A stretch of 64,000 bases of DNA from Patescibacteria group bacterium (GCA_038065315.1 JBBTRF010000001.1:528458-592457), one strand, 5' to 3'. Shown: positions 1 to 9,995, counted from the first letter of the stretch. Notes: a model not told the origin generated them from the sequence alone. Made by a program: numbers and translations.

Positions 1-738
1 GGTACTGAAATCCTTTTTGCCGGCCTTTTTATCTTTTACACTCTTTTCTTCTTTCCATTTTTTCAGACCAATTGGTCCGGCAGCTTGGACAAATAGCGCG
101 TCGTCCATGTCGGCGCGCTTGTCGAGGTATTTTTTCACCGCCTGGCGCGCCGACTCGGACAAAAAGACGACGCGCACCTTTTCGCCCTTGCCCCGCACAG
201 AAAATTCATCGGCCCGTAGGTCGAGATCCCGCGAGAGGGAACAGAGCTCGGACACACGGAGGCCGGTAGAGAAGAGCAACTCCATCATGGCCTTGTCCCG
301 CAAGCCCTTCAAGTCACCTTTGTTGGCAGCCTCATCGGCGGCGTGCATCAAGCGTTTGAGTTCATCGACGCTGATTAAGTCTAGCGAGCGTTCGGCCACC
401 TTGGCGAGCTCAATACGGTCCGGAGCCAAGGACTTCACCCCGCGACGGGCGCAGTATTTCAAAAACGAGCGTAGTGCGATCAGATAATAGTTTTGACTCT
501 TCTTTTTCAGCGTCGTTGCCACGCGCCCGTCGCGGGTTTTCGTCGCCGCCTGCCTATTGAGCCATAGTCGATACTCACGCAGCACATCATCGGTCACACC
601 CGCCGGATCCTTCAGCTTGCTGTATGCCAAAAAACGATCTAAATACCGCTCATAGTTGCCCACCGTCTTCAAACTACGACCCTTTTCGATCTCGGTATAC
701 TCGAGAAACTCGCGCTTGAGCTGATGGAGGTCGGACAT
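1..738 (-). CDS. tyrosine site-specific recombinase (XerC/XerD/phage-integrase family), partial; catalytic C-terminus lies beyond window start
   Basis: Minus-strand translation from the ATG at 738 reads MSDLHQLKREFLEYTEIEKGRSLKTVGNYERYLDRF...LAPDRIELAKV...LRDKAMMELLFSTGLRVSELCSL...GKGEKVRVVFLS. This is the N-terminal SAM-like domain plus the start of the catalytic domain of a tyrosine recombinase. The frame is open to position 1. The listed + ORFs 17..487 and 72..269 are its antisense. Confidence 0.7.
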   Translation of the reverse strand, partial: MSDLHQLKREFLEYTEIEKGRSLKTVGNYERYLDRFLAYSKLKDPAGVTDDVLREYRLWLNRQAATKTRDGRVATTLKKKSQNYYLIALRSFLKYCARRGVKSLAPDRIELAKVAERSLDLISVDELKRLMHAADEAANKGDLKGLRDKAMMELLFSTGLRVSELCSLSRDLDLRADEFSVRGKGEKVRVVFLSESARQAVKKYLDKRADMDDALFVQAAGPIGLKKWKEEKSVKDKKAGKKDFST

Positions 739-920
739 GTAGCCATTATATCAGGGAACGGGCAGGCGTGTCGCACAATATTTCCACTTTTGCTTTAAGC
801 CCAAAAATAATTGACTTTCTCATCTCAAATGTGTTAGTAATACCCTAATTACCCGCCTCGACGCCTCGAAAAAGGCTTCGAAAAAACAGCGGAAGAGCAC
901 ATACACATCGAAGGAACCCT

Positions 921-1340
921 ATGAAACTGAAAGCCACCGCTCATGCAGGCCTACCCGAAAGCCTGTTAAATGCCCTCAATGAAATCCGCCCTAAAGTGGT
1001 GAGGGGGGTCTTGGCTCCTCACCTGAAAGTCTCTCTCAAGATCGGGCCGGCAGAGTTCTTCGTTCAGCAATCCGACCTGGCTGATGCCGCTACCCACGAA
1101 TTCTTTGTCCACGTTGGCCTGAGCGGGGTATCTCTCAACAACGAGCGTTCAAACAACGATTTCACTCGCGCTCTGGAAGCCTTGGTGGCCCTCTACAAGC
1201 ATGAGATTGTGACTTGCAAGGATCTAGCTGGCACCGAAAAGCTGGTCCAGTTGTTCGTGGTCATCTACCTGGACGGCAAGCATCCAGTCACGGGAAGCAG
1301 TCTCATCGAGAGCAAAGCGGAATGGGTTTCCGTCGAGTAG
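921..1340 (+). CDS. hypothetical protein
   Basis: Intact 139-aa ORF downstream of a TTGACT-N17-TAGTAAT-like promoter. No recognisable motifs. It sits next to the integrase. Confidence 0.4.
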   Translation: MKLKATAHAGLPESLLNALNEIRPKVVRGVLAPHLKVSLKIGPAEFFVQQSDLADAATHEFFVHVGLSGVSLNNERSNNDFTRALEALVALYKHEIVTCKDLAGTEKLVQLFVVIYLDGKHPVTGSSLIESKAEWVSVE

Positions 1341-1523
1341 CCCGCGGCCCGAATAGGACCATCTGGCTCAATCCGATGGCACGCAAGTGTTGTCGGATTT
1401 TTTGTTGACATATACCGACTAGAGGCGTACTGTTTTTAGTGGACTCAGCAGTGTTTATCATCTCACGATGGTCTGCCTGAGTTGTTCCTACACAGCCGCC
1501 TCAAGGCGGCAAGGAGAATACAA

Positions 1524-2000
1524 ATGAGAATACGGAGGATTCGACCAGCGATACACAGCATTGAACTCACCGATGAAGAACGTTCGATGATGAATGAGGA
1601 AACAGTAAGTCAGTGCGAACGTTGGGGTTGGGTAGATCTCGAAGAACTCTTCAGGTGTCTGAACGATGCAAGAAGGGAGAAGAGGATGATGGAATTCGGG
1701 CATCCCCGCGCAATCTTCGAAGCATTTGGGGAGCTCAATTACCATTTCAAAGGTGAGATTCAGACAAACTGGATCCGGGAAGGAGCTTTTGGTCAAGGAG
1801 GATCTGTTCCTGACACCACAGATTCTGGTGTCATGGTTCCGGCTGGTTGGGCTAATAACGCCATCGATCTCACCGAAAAATGGATCAAGCGGGTAGACGT
1901 TAACAAAAAGGCCACTGGACTCGTTGCAACAAAGCACAATGGGGTCAAGGTCTCCATCATCAAACGTAGCGGCCACTGGACTCTCACGAAACAGGCCTGA
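1524..2000 (+). CDS. hypothetical protein (possible mobile-element cargo)
   Basis: ORF 1482..2000. The internal ATG at 1524 is preceded by AAGGAG 8 nt upstream, a strong SD that is unusual in this window. GC is lower (about 49%) and A/T-ending codons are more frequent than in neighbouring genes. Confidence 0.45.
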   Translation: MRIRRIRPAIHSIELTDEERSMMNEETVSQCERWGWVDLEELFRCLNDARREKRMMEFGHPRAIFEAFGELNYHFKGEIQTNWIREGAFGQGGSVPDTTDSGVMVPAGWANNAIDLTEKWIKRVDVNKKATGLVATKHNGVKVSIIKRSGHWTLTKQA

Positions 2001-2031
2001 TCACACAATTTAGATTACTCATTTCCCCCAA

Positions 2032-2066
2032 GCCCGTCGCGAGAAATCGCCTCGGGTCTTCTTTTT
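2032..2066 (+). terminator. weak rho-independent terminator after the 1524..2000 gene
   Basis: GCCCG...CGGG stem followed by TCTTCTTTTT. Confidence 0.3.
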
Positions 2067-2163
2067 AATACATTCTTGATAACTAAGCCATTTTTTGGCT
2101 AACTTAAGCCATTTCCGCCCTAAATCCTTGCATTTTAAAGCCTTTCATGATACCCTATATGGG

Positions 2164-2442
2164 ATGATTACTTCAACGAAAAAGGCACGGATTCTCAAAG
2201 CAGTCCAGCTCCACGACACGGATACTGGCTCTCCTGAGGCGCAGATTTCCATTTTGACCAAGCGAATTGAGGAATTGGCTGGTCACTTGAAGAAGCACGC
2301 CAAGGACCGACACTCTCGACGAGGTCTCCTTCAGATGGTCGCTGATCGACAGAACCACATGAAGTACCTCCAGAAGAAGGACACCAAGCGATACAACAGC
2401 TTGATGAAGAAGCTCGACCTCAAGCAGACCAAGAAGGCCTAA
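2164..2442 (+). CDS. rpsO: 30S ribosomal protein S15
   Basis: MITSTKKARILKAVQLHDTDTGSPEAQISILTKRIEELAGHLKKHAKDRHSRRGLLQMV is the classic S15 signature (HSRRGLL). The conserved rpsO-pnp neighbourhood supports it. Confidence 0.9.
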   Translation: MITSTKKARILKAVQLHDTDTGSPEAQISILTKRIEELAGHLKKHAKDRHSRRGLLQMVADRQNHMKYLQKKDTKRYNSLMKKLDLKQTKKA

Positions 2443-2581
2443 TACCTTCGTCTCTTCTCGTTTTCTCGACCATTTTCATACTTTTCGGTGGCATTCGCCC
2501 CATTTTCGCTTTTTTCTCAGTAATCATCAGCAGTCATGTGTGCCGATATACGGTATACTTAGTAGTAGTTAATATATTTTT

Positions 2582-3280
2582 ATGACAGTCATTAAACACA
2601 AAGAACAGCGTGTCGGTATTTTCATCGACGCACAGAATCTCTATCACTCAGCCAAAAACCTGTACCATGCTCGAGTCAATTTCGGACAGGTAGTAAAGGA
2701 TGCGCTCGCGGGCCGTGCTCTCATTCGCGCCATCGCCTACGTGATCACCACGGAGAGCGGCGAAGAGTCGGCCTTTTTCGAAGCGCTCACTAAAATGGGC
2801 ATCGAGGCCAAGACCAAAGACCTCCAGATTTTCGCCGGCGGCAGCAAGAAAGCCGATTGGGACGTGGGACTCGCGGTAGATGCAATCAAAATGGCGCCGA
2901 AGCTCGACACCGTGATCCTCGTGACCGGTGATGGCGACTTCGTACCCCTCGTCGAATACCTCCAGATGAACGAAGGATGTCAGGTGGAAGTCGTTTCCTT
3001 CGGCCGCTCAAGCTCACTCAAGCTCAAAGAAGCCGTGGATGAATTCATCGATCTCGATACCAACGCGCGCAAGTACCTCATCGGCGCAGGCATTGCTGCA
3101 CGAGGTGGTGGTCGCGGCATCCGCGGCGGACGAGGACGAGGTGGGGCAGTAAGCGATGGCCGACCGCACCTCAATCGCACTCACTCAGACGTGAACAACA
3201 CTATTTTGGACAACGCCACAGCAACCACACCTTCTCCGGAACATTCCCGAGCAGAAAACGACGGACCAGTGATACAATAA
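2582..3280 (+). CDS. NYN/LabA-like (PIN-fold) nuclease-domain protein with C-terminal RGG-rich tail
   Basis: GIFIDAQNLYHSAKNL...RAIAYVI...ADWDVGLAVDAI...VILVTGDGDFVPLV is a NYN/LabA-like motif set. The C-terminus is ARGGGRGIRGGRGRGG low complexity. Confidence 0.65.
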   Translation: MTVIKHKEQRVGIFIDAQNLYHSAKNLYHARVNFGQVVKDALAGRALIRAIAYVITTESGEESAFFEALTKMGIEAKTKDLQIFAGGSKKADWDVGLAVDAIKMAPKLDTVILVTGDGDFVPLVEYLQMNEGCQVEVVSFGRSSSLKLKEAVDEFIDLDTNARKYLIGAGIAARGGGRGIRGGRGRGGAVSDGRPHLNRTHSDVNNTILDNATATTPSPEHSRAENDGPVIQ

Positions 3281-3284
3281 GGGG

Positions 3285-5189
3285 ATGAACCCGAGGGAGT
3301 TTTCTCTTTCCATCGAAAACAAGACGCTCACTGCCTCATTCACCACGCTCGCTGAGCGAGCGAATGGCTCGGTGATCCTCCGCTACGGCACCACCGCACT
3401 TCTTGCGACGGCCGTAATGTCGGAAAATAAAAAAGAATCGGCGGATTTTCTGCCGCTCACGGTGGAGTATCAAGAACGATATTATGCAATCGGGAAAATT
3501 CTCGGCAATCGATACCAGCGACGCGAAGGGAAGCCTTCCGACGCGGCAATATTATGCGGACGCGTGGTCGACAGGACCATTCGTCCGCTGTTTGCTGCTC
3601 ACATTCGCAACGAAATACAGGTGGTGATCACCACGCTCGCCATCGATCCCGCAGATGCGGCGCGGATGCCCTGCCTCGCCGTGATTGCCGCCTCGTTGGC
3701 GCTGAGCACTTCGAATATTCCCTGGAATGGGCCAGTCGGAACAGCGCTTGTTGAAACGGATCGCCTCAAGCTGGTCGCCTGCGGAAAGGGTGGCACGTTA
3801 AATATGGTGGAGTGCGGCACAAAAGGCGCGGCGACAGGTACGACCGGCACAACGGCGGCGCCAAGCGAGCTCAGCGAGAAAGAAGTCGCCGCAGCGCTTG
3901 CTTCGGCACAAAAAGAAGTCGATCGTATCGAGGCGTTCCAAGCAGACATTGTCCGAGAGATGGGTGTGGAGAAACGCGTAGTCAATGCGCTTTCGATACC
4001 ACCCGTCCTTCGCTCTACTTTTGATAGTGAAATTGCCCTAAAACTCGTCCAACGACTCTTCACTAGGGCGGCTGGCGATGCGCAGATGGAGGCACTGCGG
4101 AGTGAATGGCTCGCGACGGCAGAAAGCGTTGTCGCCAACAGTGTCGGTACAAAATTTTCCAATATTCGCTCCTTGGCTGGCGCACTTTTCGAAGAAGCCG
4201 TGAATGAAGCGCTCCACACAGAAGCCATCGAGCGTGGCAGACGCACCGACGGACGCAAACTCACCGACATTCGACCACTCTTTGCTGAAGCGGGCGGTAT
4301 CTCGCCGCGCCTCCACGGCTCCGGACTTTTCTACCGCGGTCAGACACATATTTTCACCGCTCTCACCCTCGGTGGACCACATGAAGGTCAGATCACTGAA
4401 GGCGAACACAGCCCTAACGACGAGGGCAAGCAATTTATTCATCACTACAACTTTCCGCCATTCTCCACCGGCGAGACAGGCAAGCTCGGCGGTACCAATC
4501 GCCGCATGATTGGCCATGGCGCGCTCGTGGAAAAGTCTTTCGCCGCCGTGCTGCCTGCCAAAACACTGTTTCCTTACACTATCCGCCTCGTCTCCGAAGC
4601 ATTTTCTTCCAACGGCTCGACCTCCATGGCTTCCGTTTGTGCTTCGACCCTTGCATTGATGGACGGCGGCGTACCGATCACTCGACCGGTGGCTGGTATT
4701 TCCTGCGGCGCAATGACACGTGTCGAGAAAGACGCTCATGGCCAGACTTTTCTCAAATATGTTCTGCTCACCGACATCCAGGGACCGGAGGATCATTACG
4801 GGGATATGGATTTCAAGGTGGCGGGCACTATCGCAGGTATCACCGCAGTGCAAATGGACATCAAGACTGAGGGTATGCCAGTGGCACTGCTCGTGGAAGC
4901 GCTAGAACGGGCTCGTGTAGCGCGGTTGCAGATTCTGAAAACCATGGAGAAGGCGATTGCGGCACCCCGTACCCGCCTCTCGCCGTACGCACCGCGCATC
5001 GAGAAGATGATGATCGATCAACGACATATTGGCATCCTCATCGGCCCTGGTGGCAAAACCATCAACGGTATCAAAAAACAATCCGGCCTCCAGAACATTG
5101 ACGTTTCCGACAACGGGGAAGTAGTTCTTGTCGGCGAAAATGGTTCTACAGAAAAAGCGAAAGCCCTCATTTTGTCGGTCCTGCGTTAA
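3285..5189 (+). CDS. pnp: polynucleotide phosphorylase (PNPase), short form with KH domain but apparently lacking the S1 domain
   Basis: Two RNase PH-like cores are present, with FLPLTVEYQERYYA, HGSGLFYRGQTHIF and NGSTSMASVCASTLALMDGGVP. A KH domain (IGILIGPGGKTINGIKKQSG) lies at the extreme C-terminus. The protein is 634 aa versus about 700 for canonical PNPases, and no S1 motif is seen. Confidence 0.9.
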   Translation: MNPREFSLSIENKTLTASFTTLAERANGSVILRYGTTALLATAVMSENKKESADFLPLTVEYQERYYAIGKILGNRYQRREGKPSDAAILCGRVVDRTIRPLFAAHIRNEIQVVITTLAIDPADAARMPCLAVIAASLALSTSNIPWNGPVGTALVETDRLKLVACGKGGTLNMVECGTKGAATGTTGTTAAPSELSEKEVAAALASAQKEVDRIEAFQADIVREMGVEKRVVNALSIPPVLRSTFDSEIALKLVQRLFTRAAGDAQMEALRSEWLATAESVVANSVGTKFSNIRSLAGALFEEAVNEALHTEAIERGRRTDGRKLTDIRPLFAEAGGISPRLHGSGLFYRGQTHIFTALTLGGPHEGQITEGEHSPNDEGKQFIHHYNFPPFSTGETGKLGGTNRRMIGHGALVEKSFAAVLPAKTLFPYTIRLVSEAFSSNGSTSMASVCASTLALMDGGVPITRPVAGISCGAMTRVEKDAHGQTFLKYVLLTDIQGPEDHYGDMDFKVAGTIAGITAVQMDIKTEGMPVALLVEALERARVARLQILKTMEKAIAAPRTRLSPYAPRIEKMMIDQRHIGILIGPGGKTINGIKKQSGLQNIDVSDNGEVVLVGENGSTEKAKALILSVLR

Positions 5190-5214
5190 GAATTCTTTGC
5201 TATAATAGCTCAAT

Positions 5215-6546
5215 ATGGAAGCGCCGCATCCAGGCATCATTGATCTTGAGGCAGTTAAAAAGGCCAACGACGAAAAGCGCGCCTCGGCGTCTCTTTCTGC
5301 ACAAAATGCTATGAATGCAGCAGCGAGCGCGCCTTCTTCGCCACGCCCGAGCGGCAATGCCTTCAATCCTATCCGCACCTTTCAGCAGGATGCCGCTCGG
5401 GCGCAAGGCAAGCCGTACGAAGCCATCTCGCGAGCCAAAAATCCTCTTGAGCAGCACATTCTCTCTGAGCCACGCGAGGTTACCGGCCTAGAACAATTTG
5501 CCCCGGTCCGTCCGACGATCAACCCATATGCCGGAGCAAACCGTGAAGTGATCGAGCAGGCAGTATATCGACGCATCGACTCCACTGTCGAAGCTCCCGC
5601 CGTCGAGGCAATTCCTGAGCCAGTGATCGTCATACCAGAGAAAGAGAAAACAGCCTCGCCACTCATCCGCTCGATTCATACCTACAAAGAAGACATTGCT
5701 TCGAGTGTAAAGGGCGGGGCGTCGATCGCATCGATTGCGGCCGCTGAAAATGCCCGGCGCACCTCACAGCCTAGCGGAGACAGCGAGACAGGTGAGACCT
5801 CAAAGAATGTGGTGATTATCGCGATCAGTATCTCACTGCTTCTGATAGGCGGCATTGGCAGCTGGTATGTGTATTCGACATACAGGGAGAAAAAACAAGT
5901 AGTCATTGAACAAAAACAACGTGATCCTGTCCAAGCTGAAAAAATCACAGAGCTAGCACCGAAGACAGGTCCAAACGCCTTGGCCGTACAGCTGTATTCA
6001 AGTGTACAGAACTCCAATGCACCACTCAATTCCATAGAACGTTTGGTGCCAATTTCAAAAGAAACCTTGACACTCGCTGATGGTAGCGAAAAAACAATAC
6101 CATTGAGTACCGAGCAATTCTTCCGACAGATCAACGCCAATCTACCGGAAACCCTGCTTCGCTCACTAGACCCAAGCTTCTATTTCGGCCTCAATGCGGT
6201 ACACGGCAACCAACCATTCCTGATCTTGAAGACCAATTCTTTTGACGTGGCTCTTTCTGGCATGTTCCGCTGGGAACCAATGATGATCCGAGATTTACAA
6301 AGTATCTTTTTACGACCGTCAGACCGCGTCTCGCCACCGCTCTACACCATTGGCACAAGTAGCATCAGCTACAAGTTTGAAGACGCTATCCTACAAAACA
6401 AGGAGATTCGAGCAGTGCGAGACTCAAAGGGGAATGTCGTACTCCTCTATACATTCCTCGACACAAAAACAGTCATCATCACCAGTGATGAAGCTACTTT
6501 GAAAGATATGACGGCACGCTTGATAAAGGCGCAGTTCGTGAGATAA
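5215..6546 (+). CDS. hypothetical single-pass membrane protein
   Basis: 443-aa ORF with an Ala/Ser/Pro-rich N-terminal half. A central TM helix (VVIIAISISLLLIGGIGSWYVY) is followed by a C-terminal globular region. Confidence 0.5.
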   Translation: MEAPHPGIIDLEAVKKANDEKRASASLSAQNAMNAAASAPSSPRPSGNAFNPIRTFQQDAARAQGKPYEAISRAKNPLEQHILSEPREVTGLEQFAPVRPTINPYAGANREVIEQAVYRRIDSTVEAPAVEAIPEPVIVIPEKEKTASPLIRSIHTYKEDIASSVKGGASIASIAAAENARRTSQPSGDSETGETSKNVVIIAISISLLLIGGIGSWYVYSTYREKKQVVIEQKQRDPVQAEKITELAPKTGPNALAVQLYSSVQNSNAPLNSIERLVPISKETLTLADGSEKTIPLSTEQFFRQINANLPETLLRSLDPSFYFGLNAVHGNQPFLILKTNSFDVALSGMFRWEPMMIRDLQSIFLRPSDRVSPPLYTIGTSSISYKFEDAILQNKEIRAVRDSKGNVVLLYTFLDTKTVIITSDEATLKDMTARLIKAQFVR

Positions 6547-6553
6547 TCAAGAT

Positions 6554-6904
6554 ATGAAAACCGACCCAAAAATACTGATCGAGAAGGAGATTACTGTCGT
6601 GGAAGGTGAATTAAAGACCGTTGCTCAGCCTGATCCTGCGCGCCCAGGTGAGTGGATCGCGAAACGCGAGAATCTCGATACTGACAAGGCCGACGAGCTA
6701 GAAACAGCTGAAGATCTTGAGGAAATGGAGGGTCATGAGGCTATCGCCGAAAAGCTTGAGATGCGTCTTCACGACCTCAGACATGCCCTCGAACGGGTGA
6801 AAAATGGTTCGTATGGCAAATGTGAAGTTTGTCAGAAGCCAATCGAGGAGGGTCGTTTGGTGGCAAATTCAGCCGCGTCGACTTGTGTGGCGCATATGAA
6901 ATAA
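6554..6904 (+). CDS. DksA/TraR-family C4-type zinc-finger protein
   Basis: The C-terminal motif CEVCQKPIEEGRLVANSAASTCVAH and an acidic coiled-coil N-terminus are typical of DksA/TraR. Confidence 0.6.
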   Translation: MKTDPKILIEKEITVVEGELKTVAQPDPARPGEWIAKRENLDTDKADELETAEDLEEMEGHEAIAEKLEMRLHDLRHALERVKNGSYGKCEVCQKPIEEGRLVANSAASTCVAHMK

Positions 6905-7008
6905 GGTCTTCTCATATCAAAGGATATGAAATATTCTTTATCGAAAATTAGTGATTTCTTGAACCTTTCTTAGCAGTTTCTCTATCGCTGTTGTGCAATA
7001 CTTTCTGC

Positions 7009-8559
7009 ATGAAAATTGCAAAAGTGCTCAGCGCACAAAACGATTGTTTAGACGGTCAGATTATCCAAGTAGAGGTCGATATTTCTCGAGGTCTGCATGC
7101 TTTTTCTATTGTCGGCATGGCCGATAAAGCTGTGGCCGAGGCGAAAGATCGGATCGCCTCGGCCATCAAACATTCAGGCTACAAATCTCCAAAAAGTCGC
7201 AACGAAAAGGTGGTCATCTCGCTCGCGCCCGCCCAGCTACCGAAGGAGGGGACTGGCTTCGACCTGGCCATGGCTATCGGCTACCTCATTGCCACCCAAG
7301 ATTTGCGGCCGAACCCAGAGGCCTGTGAACTCGCCGAGAAAATGTTACTTATCGGCGAACTAGCCCTCGACGGCAACCTTCGTGGAGTGCGCGGTGTGTT
7401 ATCCATCATCAAAAGTGCCGAAGCGCAGGGGATTTCCTGTCTGTTTGTTCCGAGAGAAAATGCAGAAGAGGCTTGTCTAGTGTCTGGTATTTCCGTGTAT
7501 GGAGCAGCGACCCTTCGAGAGGTGATCCTGCACATGGAAGGGAAACATTTCATACCGGTATCGAAACTGCTACCGAAAATATCAACACCGACCAAGGAAG
7601 TGGTGGCGGGTGGAAGCGACTCGGAAGTCTCCTTCTGTGATATCGATGGACAGGAAGTGGCAAAACGCGCATTGCGGATCGCTCTGGCTGGGCAGCATTC
7701 AATCGCCCTTGTCGGCCCACCGGGCACGGGAAAAACATTACTAGCACGTAGTGCGCGCTCCATCACTCCAGATCTCACTGAGCTCGAGCAGGTTGAGGTC
7801 ATGACAATCCACTCATCCGCACACTCCACCGAATACCGCACATCCCGGCCACCGTTCCGTGCGCCACACCACAGCGCTTCATACGCCGCCATGATTGGCG
7901 GCGCTGGAAAGCAGCCGATTGGCGAGATCACTTTAGCACACAGAGGGGTTTTGTTCCTCGATGAATTCCCGGAATTCGACCGACGCGTGATCGAGGCTTT
8001 GCGACAACCAATGGAAGAAGGTGTGGTCCGTATCGCCAGAGCCGAACGTCACCACGAGCTACCAGCCCGCTGCATCACTATCCTCGCTATGAACCCGTGT
8101 CCGTGCGGGTATCGCGGATCATCGAGACGTACCTGCACCTGCAGCCAAACAATGTTACGCAGATATGCGGACAAGATCTCCGGTCCGATCATCGATCGCA
8201 TCGATATGTGGGTACGCGTGGAACAAACGGATCATCTATTCATACAGAAAAAGAAAGTGGGCGGGTGCGATGCGAGTTCGGACACTACACAAATCGAATT
8301 AATCAAAAATTCAATTGCCAAAATTCGCACAATACAAAAAAGGCGCGATCATGACCCAGGCGTTGACGGTGTGTATCTAAACGCAACAGATCAGGCAATC
8401 AGCTTGCTTGCAAAGCGGGCAAACGCCGAAGGTATTTCGACGCGAGGGTTTCATCGGACTCTACGGGTTGCAAGAACTATTGCTGACTTGGAACAATCCA
8501 AACAAGTTGAGGGGAGGCATATTCTCGAGGCGTTGCAATATCGGCGGCCGCCGCTTTAG
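7009..8559 (+). CDS. comM: YifB/ComM-family Mg-chelatase-like AAA+ ATPase
   Basis: The N-terminal Lon-protease-like domain is followed by Walker A (VGPPGTGKT), LFLDEFPEF, and Cys-rich CPCGY...CTC. Probable start is the ATG at 7009 (MKIAKVL). Confidence 0.85.
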   Translation: MKIAKVLSAQNDCLDGQIIQVEVDISRGLHAFSIVGMADKAVAEAKDRIASAIKHSGYKSPKSRNEKVVISLAPAQLPKEGTGFDLAMAIGYLIATQDLRPNPEACELAEKMLLIGELALDGNLRGVRGVLSIIKSAEAQGISCLFVPRENAEEACLVSGISVYGAATLREVILHMEGKHFIPVSKLLPKISTPTKEVVAGGSDSEVSFCDIDGQEVAKRALRIALAGQHSIALVGPPGTGKTLLARSARSITPDLTELEQVEVMTIHSSAHSTEYRTSRPPFRAPHHSASYAAMIGGAGKQPIGEITLAHRGVLFLDEFPEFDRRVIEALRQPMEEGVVRIARAERHHELPARCITILAMNPCPCGYRGSSRRTCTCSQTMLRRYADKISGPIIDRIDMWVRVEQTDHLFIQKKKVGGCDASSDTTQIELIKNSIAKIRTIQKRRDHDPGVDGVYLNATDQAISLLAKRANAEGISTRGFHRTLRVARTIADLEQSKQVEGRHILEALQYRRPPL

Positions 8560-9995
8560 ACCAACTTCGCCACCTCTTCTCGTACAACAGTACGGTCATC
8601 CCAGGCAATTGAACCACCCTTCACCACCATAGACTGTTCCGCTCCTTTGCCAGTGATCAATATGACATCCCCAGCTCCAGCAAGTGACAAGGCCTTGGCA
8701 ATACCCGCACGACGGTCACCGATCACAAACACATTTTCACCGCGTTTTTTCCCTCCAGCTTCAACCGTCTTCGCGATATCCTCACAGATCTCAATGGGAT
8801 CGTCTTCGTATGGATCAACATCGCTCACAATCACCACATCAGCCCTCCTCGCGACAATCTCGCCCATAGTCTTGCGCTTCGCCTTGTCGCGACCACCGCC
8901 CTCGGCACCCAACATCACGATCAATTTGCCGTTGGCACCGAGCATCTTTCGTGCAGCATCTGTCGCAACGCTCATACTCTGTCCTTCATGAGCGTAGTCA
9001 ACAATCACCGTCGCAGGAAAAGCACCATCTCGAGTGACCACCTCCATTCGGCCGGGGATCAATGTGAGGGTCCTCAATCCAGTCTGAATGTTCTCCTCTG
9101 AAACACCCCAGAGTCTCATCAGGGCAATAGCCGGAAGAGCATTGTAGACATTGAAAGCTCCGAGAACAGAAAGTTGATACGGAACGCAGTTGCGGTTCCC
9201 TGGACCACACACCGCAAAAGTCACACCTGTGTGGCTTTCCTGGATTTGTTCGGCCTTTATGTCAGACACCGAGTGCAAGGAGAACGTTTGGGCGATCCCT
9301 GAAGCAAGACTCAGGTAATACGGCGCATGTTCGCTGTCATTGTTTGCCAAAACAATCTTACGCACAGCAACGCCATCGAGTACTTTCTGTCGAGCAGAGT
9401 GAAGCGAGCTGAATAAAGCTCCCTTGGCCTTTTTGTAGGCTTCAAAACTACCGCCGTGAGAAGGAAGGTGTTCAGGAGTGAGGTTGGTAAAAATAGCGAC
9501 ATCATAGTCGATGCCGGCGTGTCGCCACTGCTTCAAACCCTCTGAAGTGGTTTCAACAACACATACCTTGCAACCCTTTTTCACCATCTCGCGCATCGTC
9601 CTCTGAATAGCGAAACGACCAGGCATGGTCATATGATAGTGGTTCATTGACTCTTCTTCTCCAATACGAATATTGGCGGTAGTAATAATCCCAGCCTTCA
9701 TACCAGCCGCCATCGCACATGACCAGACAAAATTGGCCGTAGAAGTCTTGCCTTTGGTACCGGTAATACCGATGACAATCATCTTGCGAGAAGGGAAGCC
9801 ATACAGAAACGCCCCGAGTACGGAAAACAGCCAATAATACGCTGAGAAAATCTGCTGCGGGACGACACGTTTCAGTACATCTTTCATGGTTGAATTATAT
9901 ATGGAGATATCGCTTTGCCCATTTTCTGACAACAAAGACACCGTACCAGAATGGCTGGAAGACAACATCTTCAATAGGCGAATGTGTCTGCCCAT
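8556..9995 (-). CDS. murE: UDP-N-acetylmuramoyl-L-alanyl-D-glutamate--diaminopimelate/lysine ligase (Mur ligase, MurE-like) with shortened N-terminal domain
   Basis: GITGTKGKTST P-loop, MEVSSH-like (VVETTSEGL), DVAIFTNLTPEHLPSHG, MLGAEGGGRDKAKR...VSDVDPYEDDP and ITGKGAEQ were seen. The internal Met (MKDVL, about 9887) may be the true start, which would remove a 100-nt overlap with the upstream fem-like gene. Confidence 0.7.
   Translation of the reverse strand: MGRHIRLLKMLSSSHSGTVSLLSENGQSDISIYNSTMKDVLKRVVPQQIFSAYYWLFSVLGAFLYGFPSRKMIVIGITGTKGKTSTANFVWSCAMAAGMKAGIITTANIRIGEEESMNHYHMTMPGRFAIQRTMREMVKKGCKVCVVETTSEGLKQWRHAGIDYDVAIFTNLTPEHLPSHGGSFEAYKKAKGALFSSLHSARQKVLDGVAVRKIVLANNDSEHAPYYLSLASGIAQTFSLHSVSDIKAEQIQESHTGVTFAVCGPGNRNCVPYQLSVLGAFNVYNALPAIALMRLWGVSEENIQTGLRTLTLIPGRMEVVTRDGAFPATVIVDYAHEGQSMSVATDAARKMLGANGKLIVMLGAEGGGRDKAKRKTMGEIVARRADVVIVSDVDPYEDDPIEICEDIAKTVEAGGKKRGENVFVIGDRRAGIAKALSLAGAGDVILITGKGAEQSMVVKGGSIAWDDRTVVREEVAKLV

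Noticed and set aside
17-487. Plus-strand ORFs 17..487 and 72..269
   Set aside because: Ser/Arg-rich, low-complexity translations lying antisense to a clean tyrosine-recombinase reading frame on the minus strand. Judged spurious.
3599-4853. Minus-strand ORFs 3599..4270 and 4038..4853 (223 and 271 aa)
   Set aside because: Entirely inside and antisense to pnp, whose translation has unmistakable PNPase motifs. The antisense translations are Ala/Ser/Arg-rich with no motifs.
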